DNA of 64,000 nt from positions 62,001 to 126,000 of the forward strand of contig NIVC01000293.1 in NCBI GenBank assembly GCA_002269645.1. The letters are read 5' to 3'. Positions within the stretch are counted from its first letter, which is position 1. Each line of letters begins with the position of its first letter. The translations under genes and the position numbers were made by a program. Of this stretch, positions 1 through 21,000 are shown piece after piece. The stretch is from Macrostomum lignano (Eukaryota). The notes below the pieces were generated by a model that saw only the letters and a program-made list of their open reading frames with translations, was not told the DNA's origin and did not search any database.

Positions 1-127
1 TCTCAACCGGCTTGTCCAAATGTGAGACATCGTTGTTTGCTGAGAACAACCAGTGGAAATTCAATTTACGTTCGAAAAATCAACTTGGTAGGCAATTAGC
101 AGAATGAGCATTTTTTGTCTTGCACAG

Positions 128-1990
<1,863 letters not shown>

Positions 1991-4900
1991 CTACGGAAAA
2001 CTAACAGCAATATAAATACTGATTCATACCGTGCTAGCGTTGATGACTACAGCTAAATATATTTACACAGATATAACGATTGTGTATTCCTAAAAGTTGT
2101 TATCTTTTATTCGTCTTTAATATATGCTTGCTTGTCAATAAAACATGCACAATAATATAATACAGCAATAAATTTTACTGAGAATCACTTTACTGCGACC
2201 CTTGTTTATAGAATGATTTTAATGTCAATAAAATCACATGCTCGATCTGTGGAGTTTGTTTAAATAAGATTTGATGTCTCCTGCTAGTTAGCTAAACCTG
2301 GTTTGACGAGGGAAGAGTTGATGTAATTCTTGATTTTTAGTTCGTCCCTTAAGCACTCCCAGATACATTCATTGTACAAAGCTGTATATGTAAAAGTAGG
2401 CTAATGTAGCATGTCACATTACTAAGTGTACAGAAGAAATTTTAAATTCTTTTTAAATTAAGAATGACCCCTTGTACATGTAACAGTATTCGAAAGCAAG
2501 CAAAACTACATTGACTTTTAAAACTGCCTTCGGAAATGTTAACGCAAAAAAGTTGCGTCATCACGCACGACGTACTTTCTGCTGTTAAATTTTGTTTTTG
2601 GCGTATTCTGTTCACTTTAAATTCATGGACATGATCGCCACACAAGCCCCCAGTCAGAACTCCCTGCCTAAAATATTTAAATATATTAAATATATTTATT
2701 TAAATGTATAGTCGTCAAAAATATTAAGTCGTCGCTATTTGCCGCTGTTTGCTGCCGAACCTCCTTCCACTCCGGCTGCAATCCACGCCAGCGTACATGC
2801 ATGCGACTCTCAGATGTTTTGAACTGTCTCGACGCCGCCGCTGACACCTGCTGGGAGCTTGCCTGACACCACCGCGATCCAGTCAGTCGACTCCAAACTC
2901 CGCGGTCGCACCCTGCTCAAGCCATATTCGCGTCTCCAGCGGGCTGCAGGGTTCGCTGCATGTTCTCACACTTGATGGACCCCACCGGCCGTAGGTATTA
3001 TTAGACAGCTGCACAGTGACGCCTCCTGTACGTCCTGCTGCGCCCTTCTTTGATACTTTACATTTTTATAGTTTGAAGCTTACATATGTAAAAAGTCAAC
3101 AACTAGCAACAATAAGGCCACACTTCCCACTGCAGGTGGCGGATTTAGGGGGATCGAGCTATACACAGTAGGCGCAGAGCTACATGTATAAGTGGGACGC
3201 GCCCCATGAGATTTGATCACATTTTATTTTTTATATGAAAAAACACATTATCAAGTAATATATACATGTACTACAAAATTTTCTGGATCCGCACCTGTTC
3301 GGCTGTTCACTGATTTAACCCCCCCCCACCCCACAAACCCAAGTCGAATTAAGCCTCATGAATGGTCAGACGGAAAATTGAGAAAAGCAGCATTGTTCTA
3401 AACCATATAAATATATCCAGCTACTATAAATTCAAAGTAAATGATTTTACTTATAAAAAAATTCTGAAAATCATGGTAAAACACTAAATATGTACATGTA
3501 CTAGGGAAAGCATTTATTATTAAATGCATTATTTTTTGAGCGGTAATTTACTTCACAATTGTAAAAAAGAATAATATTCAATTTATAATATCGGAAAATT
3601 TTGTTTCTTGTTTTTTTTAAGCAAACGTTGAAATACTTTACGTAAATATGCAAAATTTTTAATTCTTTCAAAATAACTTTGTTTTAAACTTAAAACTATT
3701 TAAAATGTCATTTTTCTACGACTTACTATCGGTCGTATGACACGACACGATACGAACGATTATATTAGCAGTAGCAGCGGTAAACAGTAAATAAACAGGG
3801 TAGTACCGTAGGCGTAGCTCAGATTTTGGAATTGGGTGTGACAAATATGGCTGTGGGACAAAAGCCTAAAACTGTAAAACATACATGCGCAACCTCCAAA
3901 ATTCGGTCGGCCGTGCGACTTAGTTTCAACAAAAAATGCGACGTAGTTTTTGGCCAAAAATGCCACTTAGCTACCTGTGAAAGAAACCCTAAAGCAAAAT
4001 TAACGCAATTTTGGGTAAACGACAGGAGTAAATTGACTGTCTTATAAGGGCTAAATCCCTCGTCATCTAATTAGTAATACTTCTATTTTTGGGATAGGCA
4101 TTTTTGCGACTTACCTTGGTTGGCCGCCAAATCAACGGCCAAGTCGACTCGGCCGACTGTTGCGCATGTATGGTAAAATAATGACATAAATTACACCTGC
4201 TGCTAAAATCATCAATCGACATAATTGCCTCAGGCCTAGGCCTACTTGTTAATTTTCAAAAATTCAGTTCACCTTCTTAATTGCTAAAAAATTGAAAAAA
4301 TACCTGAAATATGTGTGATGTAGTCTACATCCAGGAATCCTGGGTTCAGCAAAATCAATGGGCATCAGTGTTTCCCACATTGTATCTGGTTAGGCCTAGG
4401 CCCTAGTGATTGCCTAGACTCCAGAGCCAGAGCACCTTAAAGTTAATGAGCTAAATGACTGACTTTTTAAATATTTTTTATTAAAGTCAAGTATATATAA
4501 CTCTAGGTTTTTAGTACATTGATTGTCATTGGATAGTCAAGAAATACCCCATAATTGGCACAAGTATTTTCTATAGACATAAAGTATGCTATGTGACATT
4601 TTTTGCCTTAAATGCTATAAAAGAGAAGAATTTTTATCTACATTGTATGTCAATAGGCCTACATTTAAGAAGAGATAGATAGAAAGGAATCTAATACTAG
4701 ATAATATAGTTATATAGGGAAATGATTAGATGGATGTACCAAAAAGTTATAAATCATACACATAGTAATTATGGCACTAACAGTAGACCTAGTTTAGAAA
4801 ATGTGTAGTGGCATATAAAAAATTCTTGGTAGCCTTTGCTACCTATAATGCATGCTACATAGGTCTAGCATATGACTAGGCCTACTAAAGATATACTAAA

Positions 4901-5462
4901 ATGTTTCTAAATAGGGGCCTGTTATCTTTAAAGGTATGTATAAATTGAAGCTAAATTACATTTAATTACAATAATTAAAGTTAATTTAATTATTTTGCAA
5001 ATAAGCAATTTTTGCTATTTTAATTTCAGTTTATTAAAACTGCAAATAGCCTAAAAAGTTTTTGCAAAGCTAAGGACAACTAATAAGCCTTTTTAATTTC
5101 TAGACTTTTGTATTAGGAGACCAGAAACCCTTGATATATATAGTCATTATTAAGCCCTATTTGTTAAAGCTAAACAAAAATTGTGTATTTAATTTAATTT
5201 GGAATTAGAAACAAAAATTTGTTGTCATTTTAGATTTTTCTATGAATTCCATTTAAATCAATAAATTCTATAGACTTGAAATATGGTATTTAATTATATA
5301 TGTGTGTATATAGATTTCTGAAAGGTTAAATAAAGGAAGTTTTTGATACTTTCATGTTTAATATAATTACTTTTGCTGTGCTAATTAATGCCTTCTTGTT
5401 TTTTAAATGATTTTCTCCTTGCAGATAAAAAATTTCAAAATATGCTTATATAATAATTTCAG

Positions 5463-12093
<6,631 letters not shown>

Positions 12094-12354
12094 TTGTGTG
12101 TGTGAGAGAGCTGTGTGCCTGTCTTTCTGGACTCGGGTGATTTTCTCTTAGTTTGTGTGCATATGCTTTTTCTAATGACACCTGTGGACCTACAAGTAGA
12201 ATTATGCTGTTAGGGAAAGTAGGGAAAGTGTTCCCCTTTATTGGTCCTCTGGTATCAATTTTGTGTTGTGCGCGAATAATATTGTTGTTTTGGAATTGTT
12301 TGATTTCTTTGATTGGTTTCTTTTTACCTGTCTTTTATACTCTTCCCACTCTGC

Positions 12355-14990
12355 CTCCCCTCTCATTCTCTCTTCTCATACTCTCCTCTCACTCCCCTCT
12401 CACACTCTCCTCTCTCACACTCTCCTCTCTCATACTCTCCTCTCTCATACTCTCCTCTCTCACTCTCCTCTCTCATACTCTCCTCTCATACTCTCCTCTC
12501 TCACACTCTCCTCTCTCACACTCTCCTCTCTCACACTCTCCTCTCTCACACTCTCCTCTCTCAGACTCTCCTCTCTCATACTCTCCTCTCTCAGACTCTC
12601 CTCTCTCACACTCTCCCCTCTCTCACACTCTCCTCTCTCATACTCTCCTCTCTCAGACTCTCCTCTCTCACACTCCTCTCTCAGACTCTCCTCTCTCAGA
12701 CTCTCCTCTCTCTTATACTCTCCTCTCTCAGACTCTCCCCTCTCTCACACTCTCCTCTCTCAGACTCTCCTCTCTCACACTCCTCTCTCACACTCTCCTC
12801 TCTCACACTCTCCTCTCTCACACTCTCCTCTCTCACACTCTCCTCTCTCACACTCTCCTCTCTCACACTCTCCTCTCTCACACTCTCCTCTCTCATACTC
12901 TCCTCTCTCACACTCTCCTCTCTCATACTCTCCTCTCTCACACTCTCCTCTCTCATACTCTCCTCTCTCACACTCTCCTCTCTCACACTCTCCTCTCTCA
13001 CACTCTCCTCTCTCACACTCTCCTCTCTCATACTCTCCTCTCTCACACTCTCCTCTCTCACACTCTCCTCTCTCATACTCTCCTCTCTCTTATACTCTCC
13101 TCTGTCTTACTCTCCTCTCTCACACTCTCCTCTCTCACTCTCCTCTCTCACACTCTCCTCTGTCTTACTCTCCTCTCTCACACTCTCCCCTCTCTCACAC
13201 TCTCCTCTCTCACACTCTCCTCTCTCACACTATCCTCTCTCACACTCTCCTCTCTCATACTCTCCTCTCTCTTATACTCTCCTCTGTCTTACTCTCCTCT
13301 CTCACACTCTCCTCTCTCACACTCTCCTCTCTCACACTCTCCTCTCTCATACTCTCCTCTCTCTTATACTCTCCTCTGTCTTACTCTCCTCTCTCACACT
13401 CTCCTCTCTCACACTCTCCTCTCTCACACTCTCCTCTCTCACACTCTCCTCTCTCACTCTCCTCTCTCACACTCTCCTCTGTCTTACTCTCCTCTCTCAC
13501 ACTCTCCCCTCTCTCACACTCTCCTCTCTCACACTCTCCTCTCTCACACTATCCTCTCTCACACTCTCCTCTCTCATACTCTCCTCTCTCTCACACTCTC
13601 CTCTCTCACACTCTCCTCTCTCACACTCTCCTCTCTCACACTCTCCTCTCTCACACTCTCCTCTCTCATACTCTCCTCTCTCTTATACTCTCCTCTGTCT
13701 TACTCTCCTCTCTCACACTCTCCTCTCTCACACTCTCCTCTCTCACACTCTCCTCTCTCACACTCTCCTCTCTCACTCTCCTCTCTCACACTCTCCTCTG
13801 TCTTACTCTCCTCTCTCACACTCTCCCCTCTCTCACACTCTCCTCTCTCACACTCTCCTCTCTCACACTCTCCTCTCTCATACTCTCCTCTCTCTTATAC
13901 TCTCCTCTGTCTTACTCTCCTCTCTCACACTATCCTCTCTCACACTCTCCTCTCTCATACTCTCCTCTCTCTTATACTCTCCTCTGTCTTACTCTCCTCT
14001 CTCACACTCTCCTCTCTCACACTCTCCTCTCTCACACTCTCCTCTCTCATACTCTCCTCTCTCTTATACTCTCCTCTGTCTTACTCTCCTCTCTCACACT
14101 CTCCTCTCTCACACTCTCCTCTCTCACACTCTCCTCTCTCACACTCTCCTCTCTCACTCTCCTCTCTCACACTCTCCTCTGTCTTACTCTCCTCTCTCAC
14201 ACTCTCCCCTCTCTCACACTCTCCTCTCTCACACTCTCCTCTCTCACACTATCCTCTCTCATACTCTCCTCTCTCTCACACTCTCCTCTCTCACACTCTC
14301 CTCTCTCACACTCTCCTCTCTCACACTCTCCTCTCTCACACTCTCCTCTCTCATACTCTCCTCTCTCTTATACTCTCCTCTGTCTTACTCTCCTCTCTCA
14401 CACTCTCCTCTCTCACACTCTCCTCTCTCACACTCTCCTCTCTCACACTCTCCTCTCTCACTCTCCTCTCTCACACTCTCCTCTGTCTTACTCTCCTCTC
14501 TCACACTCTCCCCTCTCTCACACTCTCCTCTCTCACACTCTCCTCTCTCACACTATCCTCTCTCACACTCTCCTCTCTCATACTCTCCTCTCTCTTATAC
14601 TCTCCTCTGTCTTACTCTCCTCTCTCACACTCTCCTCTCTCACACTCTCCTCTCTCACACTCTCCTCTCTCATACTCTCCTCTCTCTTATACTCTCCTCT
14701 GTCTTACTCTCCTCTCTCACACTCTCCTCTCTCACACTCTCCTCTCTCACACTCTCCTCTCTCACACTCTCCTCTCTCATACTCTCCTCTCTCTTATACT
14801 CTCCTCTGTCTTACTCTCCTCTCTCACACTCCTCTCTCACACTCTCCTGTCTTACTCTCCTCTCTCACACTCTCCCCTCTCTCACACTCTCCTCTCTCAC
14901 ACTCTCCTCTCTCACACTCTCCTCTCTCACACTCTCCTCTCTCACACTCTCCTCTGTCTTACTCTCCTCTCTCACACTCTCCCCTATTTC
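12355..14990. repeat. 2.6-kb 15-bp pyrimidine satellite (CTCTCCTCTCTCACA and variants) with higher-order structure
   Basis: Continuous tandem array. Variant unit CTATCC recurs at 13230, 13549, 13930, 14249, 14553. Confidence 0.97.
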
Positions 14991-15629
14991 ACACTCTACT
15001 GTCTCACCCTCCCACTCCATTCCCCGTCTCCAATCGCTCTCCATCCAGTTTAAATATTTTCATGCATAGCATATCCGACTCCCTCTCGTGTCTCCCCTTT
15101 GTGAGAATATGTATGAGTTTAACCTGATTTATCGCACCCATCCACATCGCGGCTGTTAACTCCTGCCACTCATCCTAAGTGCCTGATTATATGCAACTCA
15201 AAAATGTATGCCATAAATCATAATTTAAGTACCAAGTCTAACTTAGTGGACTCAGTACTCAGATACTCGTAACATCTACCTGACTTGCTAGTCTTCTGGT
15301 GTTCAATTTTATTTGAATCTTGACTTGTTTGGTGTCGACTTTGTGCCATGCTATAAATTCTTAAGTGTAATTTAATTTGCTTCTAGGATAGACAGTCTGA
15401 TATAAATATTCACAATTGTTTTAATGCGTTTATTTGATGTTAGATTGCTAGTTGCAGGCCTGTCTGTTTTATCTGCTCTTTGAAATAAAAATGCTTACTG
15501 GATAGATGTACTTTTAATTGTCAGCAATTTGTCTTTTTTATCTGTTGCATTGCTTGAAAAATGAGGATAGCTTTACTAAATTGTCTAAACTATATAAATG
15601 TGACAAACTAGTCTAAGCCCTATTCTTCA

Positions 15630-16243
15630 GTGTCTGACCCCATTTCCCAGTGCCTGACATCATTCCCCAGTGCCTGAACCCATTCCCCAGTGTCTGACCC
15701 CATTCTCCAGTGTCTGACATCATTCCCCAGTGCCTGACCCCATTCCCCAGTGCCTGAACCCATTCCCCAGTGTCTGACCTTATTCCCCAGTGTCTGACCT
15801 TATTCCCCAGTGTCTGACATCATTCCCCAGTGCCTGACCCCATTCCCCAGTGTCTGACATCATTCCCCAGTGCCTGACCCCATTCCCCAGTGCCTGACCC
15901 CATTCCCCAGTGTCTGACCCCATTCCCCAGTGTCTGACCCCATTCCCCAGTGCCTGACCCATTCCCCAGTGTCTGACCTTATTCCCCAGTGTCTGACATC
16001 ATTCCCCAGTGCCTGACCCATTCCCCAGTGTCTGACCCCATTCCCCAGTGTCTGACATCATTCCCCAATCCCGTGCCTGACCCCATTCCCCAGTGTCTGA
16101 CATCATTCCCCAGTGCCTGACCCCATTCCCCAGTGTCTGACATCATTCCCCAGTGCCTGACCCCATTCCCCAGTGCCTGACCCCATTCCCCAGTGTCTGA
16201 CCCCATTCCCCAGTGTCTGACATCATTCTCCAGTGCCTGACCC
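15630..16243. repeat. 20-bp minisatellite (CCCCATTCCCCAGTGTCTGA)
   Basis: About 30 tandem units. Confidence 0.95.
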
Positions 16244-16358
16244 TTAATTAAGCTTAATTAACCCTTCGAAATTAGGATTTCGAAGAATCGTGCATCATCT
16301 CCCTAATCACGCCATCCCCGCAGCTCAGCAAGACTCCAATTATAACTTTCGCTGAGCA

Positions 16359-17390
16359 ATGGCAGACCTCGTTGACCTTGACGTTGATTCACTATTCGGG
16401 GATGTAGCAGCTGGCAACGATGGCGTCGATGACGAGCTGCTGGAAGAAGCCGGCGAAGACGACGTTGAAGGCCAGGAAGGCCCTGCCGCGGCCAATTCCA
16501 CCCAGGTCGGTGGCGCGGCAGACGAAGCCGAAGACGTGGAGATGCTGGAACGCCTGAACAAGCTGGCCAAGGAGGGCGCCGCCAAGCGGAAAGGCCCGAA
16601 ACAGCCGCAGCTCCGGCTTGACGCCAATCGCCTGCTAGGGGACCGCGGCCTGCCCTGCCTGCTCGAGGCCATGCAGAAAGCTCCGGTCACCGGTAAGCCC
16701 GGCCGCGAACTCGACGATCTTAATTCGATTATGCGCGTCTACGAGCTCTGGCTGCACCGACTGCATCCGCGATTCGCCTTCGACGACGCCGCTGAACGAC
16801 TCGAACGTCTTGGCCGCCAGATGCCGGTGAGGAATGCGTTGAAGCGAATGCGGGCGGGACTGCCGCCCAATGCTCAGACAGGCCTGTGCGGAGGAGAGGC
16901 TGAGGACGATGAAGAGGCTGATGATGAGGCTCGGATCGCTGCCGCGCCGCCGTCTAAGAAATCTGTCGATAATCGCTCTGGGGATGACAGCGAGTCGGCT
17001 GTGGCAGGCGTTGATGATGATCGAGCAGATTCCGCTTGCGATCAGCCGGCAGCTGCTGACAGCGACAGTGGAGAGTCCTTCGACTTGCAGCATCAGCAGC
17101 AGCAGCAGGAGCCTCAGTCGCCGAAAAAGACTGCAAAAGATGATTCCTCATCAAATGTTGAGGATGCAGATAGCGATGCGGAAGAGGAACTGGAAGCGGT
17201 TGATAAACCAACTTCGACTCAGAATCCGAGTCAGAGTCAGAGAGGTCGCCGAGCTCAACTAGTCGACTCGGATGATAATGAGGCCGAGGTTGACGAGGCT
17301 GAGAAATCGACCGGCTCGGACGGAGAAGTCCCGACGGATCAGGGTAAGAGTCGGCGGCGACCAGCTGTGATTGACTCCGACGAGGACTGA
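16359..17390 (+). CDS. TIPIN: TIMELESS-interacting protein (Swi3/Csm3 family), single exon, 343 aa
   Basis: Swi3-type core LRLDANRLLGDRGLP...LDDLNSIMRVYELWLHRLHPRFAFDDAAERLERLG...VRNALKRMR, acidic tails, AATAAA near 17618. Confidence 0.9.
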   Translation: MADLVDLDVDSLFGDVAAGNDGVDDELLEEAGEDDVEGQEGPAAANSTQVGGAADEAEDVEMLERLNKLAKEGAAKRKGPKQPQLRLDANRLLGDRGLPCLLEAMQKAPVTGKPGRELDDLNSIMRVYELWLHRLHPRFAFDDAAERLERLGRQMPVRNALKRMRAGLPPNAQTGLCGGEAEDDEEADDEARIAAAPPSKKSVDNRSGDDSESAVAGVDDDRADSACDQPAAADSDSGESFDLQHQQQQQEPQSPKKTAKDDSSSNVEDADSDAEEELEAVDKPTSTQNPSQSQRGRRAQLVDSDDNEAEVDEAEKSTGSDGEVPTDQGKSRRRPAVIDSDED

Positions 17391-18020
17391 TCGCGTGGTT
17401 GATAGAAAACTTAGTAGAATGGCCTTCTAATTCAATTTGCTCATGTATTGGCATACTACTGTAATGATCTGTATTAGTAGTGTGCGCGGCATTTAAGTAA
17501 ACTTTTTTAATCATGATGGTAGCATTTATTGAACTCTGGCTGCTTAGACTGGTCACGCTTCTACGATACTCTGTCTATCAACTATAGTGATGGTTGAGCT
17601 TCATAAGTTTTTAAGCAATAAAATACACCAGTTTATAGGCCTCTGATAGGCCAAAAATGAAGCTTTTTTTCTAAAAGTTACCATTTCTTCGTTCTTGTTT
17701 TGGAGTCAGTCATTTAGCAGCTCGATATTTTGTAGTATTTAACGAAAGCCAATTTCCTGATCTAATTTTAAAGCGTTTTAACAAAATTGTAGATTTGAAA
17801 AACACACTTCATTTAATAATGTGGTGTCTGTTTAGATTCAAAAACGAAACTTATAGTTTTATATACAGAAGTGCAAGTCTGTCGGGTGGTTAACTTGTTG
17901 CTGACAAAAAGATGGCAGCGGTGTCTTGGAATTTTTGTTATTGAAAAGAAAACAAAAGCAATAAATGATTCACGGATGCCGTCTCGGGTGGGGGAGTTCG
18001 GAAGGAAACAGAAAACAGAG

Positions 18021-21000
18021 TTAGCAGCGCCGGCAGCAGTAGCCGGCCGCTCTGTAGCAATTGGGCATCGCGCACCGATTCCTGCAGCAATTCGCCGGAG
18101 GACACGGCGGGCAGCAGTAGATGACGGTGGGCTGCGGCGGCAGCGACATCGACCTCGCAACCGGTTCCAGCCGGCTCGATCGCCGGCGTTTCCGTCGACG
18201 TTGTTGAGGTTTAGTCACAGCAGGGACCGGCGCTCGGGCGGCCACCGACTCTTTGGGTTTCGACGCTCTATTCGATAGGTGTGGCTTGGGCTGCTGCTGA
18301 GGCTCCTGCTCACGCACCTTCTCCAGCGCCATTACGCCTTCGCTATCGCGGCGCTTCTCCTCGGGCTTCGGCAGCTCGTCGCCTGTCATGGGAGCGACTT
18401 CGTTGTGGTCTGGCTCCTTGTGCGACCGTCGGAGCTGTTCTCCGAGGCTTTCCTGCTGCATCACGGGCGCCACGTCGTCATCTTCGTCCAAGTCTGAGAC
18501 GGGAGCGACAGGGGTGACCTGGCCAGTCTCTTTGTTCTCGCGTCGCTTTCTGCGCTCTTCGTTCTTTCGCTGGGCGCGACTTTTGCAGGCTTCGATGTCC
18601 TCCACTGACAGAGTGTCCTCTGGCTTAATCTGCACAGCGCCGCCCTCGGTGGCTGGTAGTCGGCTGACCGACTTTACCAGCGCCCTCTTTTCCTGCGCTG
18701 CAGCGGTTGGCTTCTCGTCTTTGAATTTTGAGGTAGCGGCTGCGCCTGGCTTGCTTGCCTCCTTTTTTGCGTGGTCCGACGCCGAGTCGGGCGCTTCCGC
18801 CTCGGCTTTTTTCTGCTTCATCTGGTCCTGATGCTGGAAGAATCTGCGAGCCAGCAGTTGCACTTTGCCGCCCGTCTCTGGTCGAAGCGCGTATGAGCCC
18901 TGAGGCGGCTGGGTACTTCGCGTGTCCGAATCTGTGTCCCGCGTATCGTCAAGAACGCCGCGATGCTCGGAGTCCTGCGTGTACGAGTCTGGCGCCGCCT
19001 TGTTGTGTTTGCTGCGCCAGCTGTGCCGCTGAGTAGGCGCTGCCGTTGTCGGCCCCTCGTCGCCTTCCTGCGGCTGCTGTAATCCGGTTTGCTCGCCAGC
19101 AATGCCCAACTTCATACTCTTGTTGAGACTTTTCTCCCTCAGTGCCGGCTGTACATCAGTATCTGTGTTGTCTCTCAAAACGTTTTTCGACTGTAAATTT
19201 TGTTGCTGAATCGCCGATGCTTCAGTTGCGTCCGTCGACTCGATGTCTTTGTCTGACGTCTCGGCATCGAGCTGACTTGCGTCAGAATCAGCGTGCGCTA
19301 ACAGTTTAGCTGGGTCAGCAGCCTTGTTCGAATCCTGAAATCTCGAATCAACATTCTCGTTTTCACCGGCTTTTGTCTCAGCTGCAGACTTGATTGACTT
19401 TTCCGATTGTCTGCGAGGTCGACTCGATGGATTCTCATCTGCGCCAGAGTTCAGTGTTCTCGGCGGTTCGTGAGCCTCGTCTTCATCGTCGCCAGAATGA
19501 TTGTCCGGATTTCTGGACAGATGGGATGCTATGGAAAGCTTAGACGGTCTTCGGCTTTGCTTTCGTCTAATTCGACGCCGCCTGTCCTCGTCCCAGTTTT
19601 CATCATCGTCCGAATCCAGAACCACCGGCTTTGGAGCCTCTGGCAGCTTGAACATCTTTGGCTCACTTTTTCGCCCCTCGTTTTCGTCAGTGTTGGTGTT
19701 CTCATCGCTCGGGCTTGGGTACTGCGCCTGTACAGGCCGCCCTGACCATTCTTCAGGCATCGAGTCCATACCATTGTCTGTTGAAGTCGGCCTTGCAGCT
19801 GCTCTGTTGCCAACGAATCGACTGCTTTCTGGCAGGTATTTGTTTCCTCGGTCTGCTTCAGACGGAGAACTGCTGCTTTTAATCGGCATCGGTCTGCTCT
19901 GGTCATAGTTATCCAATTCGCTGTCATTTCCAACTGAACGTCTTGGATTCGACCTTGGCAAACCCATGGGGTTTTCGGATTGCTTTTCGGAATGTCGCTT
20001 TGATCTGTTTTGGTCAGCATAGTCCATTTCGTCTTCGTTTCCAACTGAATGCCTTGGTTTGAATCGAGGCCTTCTCTCGAGAACTTCGACTTGCTTTCCA
20101 GTGTAAACTTGTGGCTTGCTTTCCTCATCATCATCCGCCAGTTCAACATCGTTTGTAAATGACCGCCTAGGATAGGACTTGGTGCCTTCAACTGACTTTT
20201 CTGACTGTCTCCTCTGTCTGCTCTGGTCAGCGTAGTCCATGTCATCCTCGTTGCCAAAGGAGCGTCTACCAGGAGCAGCTCTGTTGCTACCGGGTAAGTG
20301 TTTTTCCGAGTCCACTCCTGGATTTTTATTTTCGCCTTGGTTTATTACTGAGGACCGTCGGGAGCTAATGCGATTCTGCATCTCAGGATTCGTTTGCTCA
20401 AATCTGTCCTTATCTGACGGGGATGTCGAGGGCGGGCCCTCGCTTTTTCTTTGCTGAGCCAGCCGTTTCTGCCTTTTGATTTCCAACTGTTCTTCCTCGC
20501 CGCCGCTCTCTTCGCTGCTTGAGAAACTGACGTCCACCTCCATAGCGCTTCTCACGTTATAGCCTTTTGATGAGTCATCTGAGTCCCTCTGCGATTCTTC
20601 TAGCAGCCGACTGAGGCCCATGCCAATCGGGCGACCGCTGGAGGATGACATGATCAAAGCGGGCGAATGTCTCCGTCTGAAATCCATGCGCTCGCACGAT
20701 CTGGACCGGATCCTATGGCCATGTAGTGGACTTTTTGCGGCCGGCATTCTAGCGAGATTTTCGGCCGCTAATTTTAGTCGGCCGTGTTTTGCATGAAAAC
20801 TCAAATAGCTGCAATCTTTCTGATGTTGCAGTTGTCTGCTGCCATCGCCCGTGTCTCGCTGTTGCTGAGGTCTGTCATAATCCACGCGACTCCTTAGACG
20901 CCGTCCCGTTTCCTGCACCGGTGATTCGTCGGTCTCACCTGAGCCTCCTCGACTTTGTACGTTTTGAAGAGTTAGATTAACAGCTGCATTGTCCACTAGC

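Noticed and set aside
3134-3298. Small MITE with CAGGTGGCGGAT...ATCCGCACCTG ends
   Set aside because: Ends are only loosely complementary and no target-site duplication was found.
12153-15127. Three 900+ aa ORFs on the + strand
   Set aside because: All frames are open only because the satellite units contain no stop codons; translations are L/S/H/P/T repeats.
15630-16243. CRISPR-like appearance of the 20-32 bp arrays
   Set aside because: Head-to-tail repeats with no unique spacers, no cas genes, and a spliceosomal eukaryotic context.
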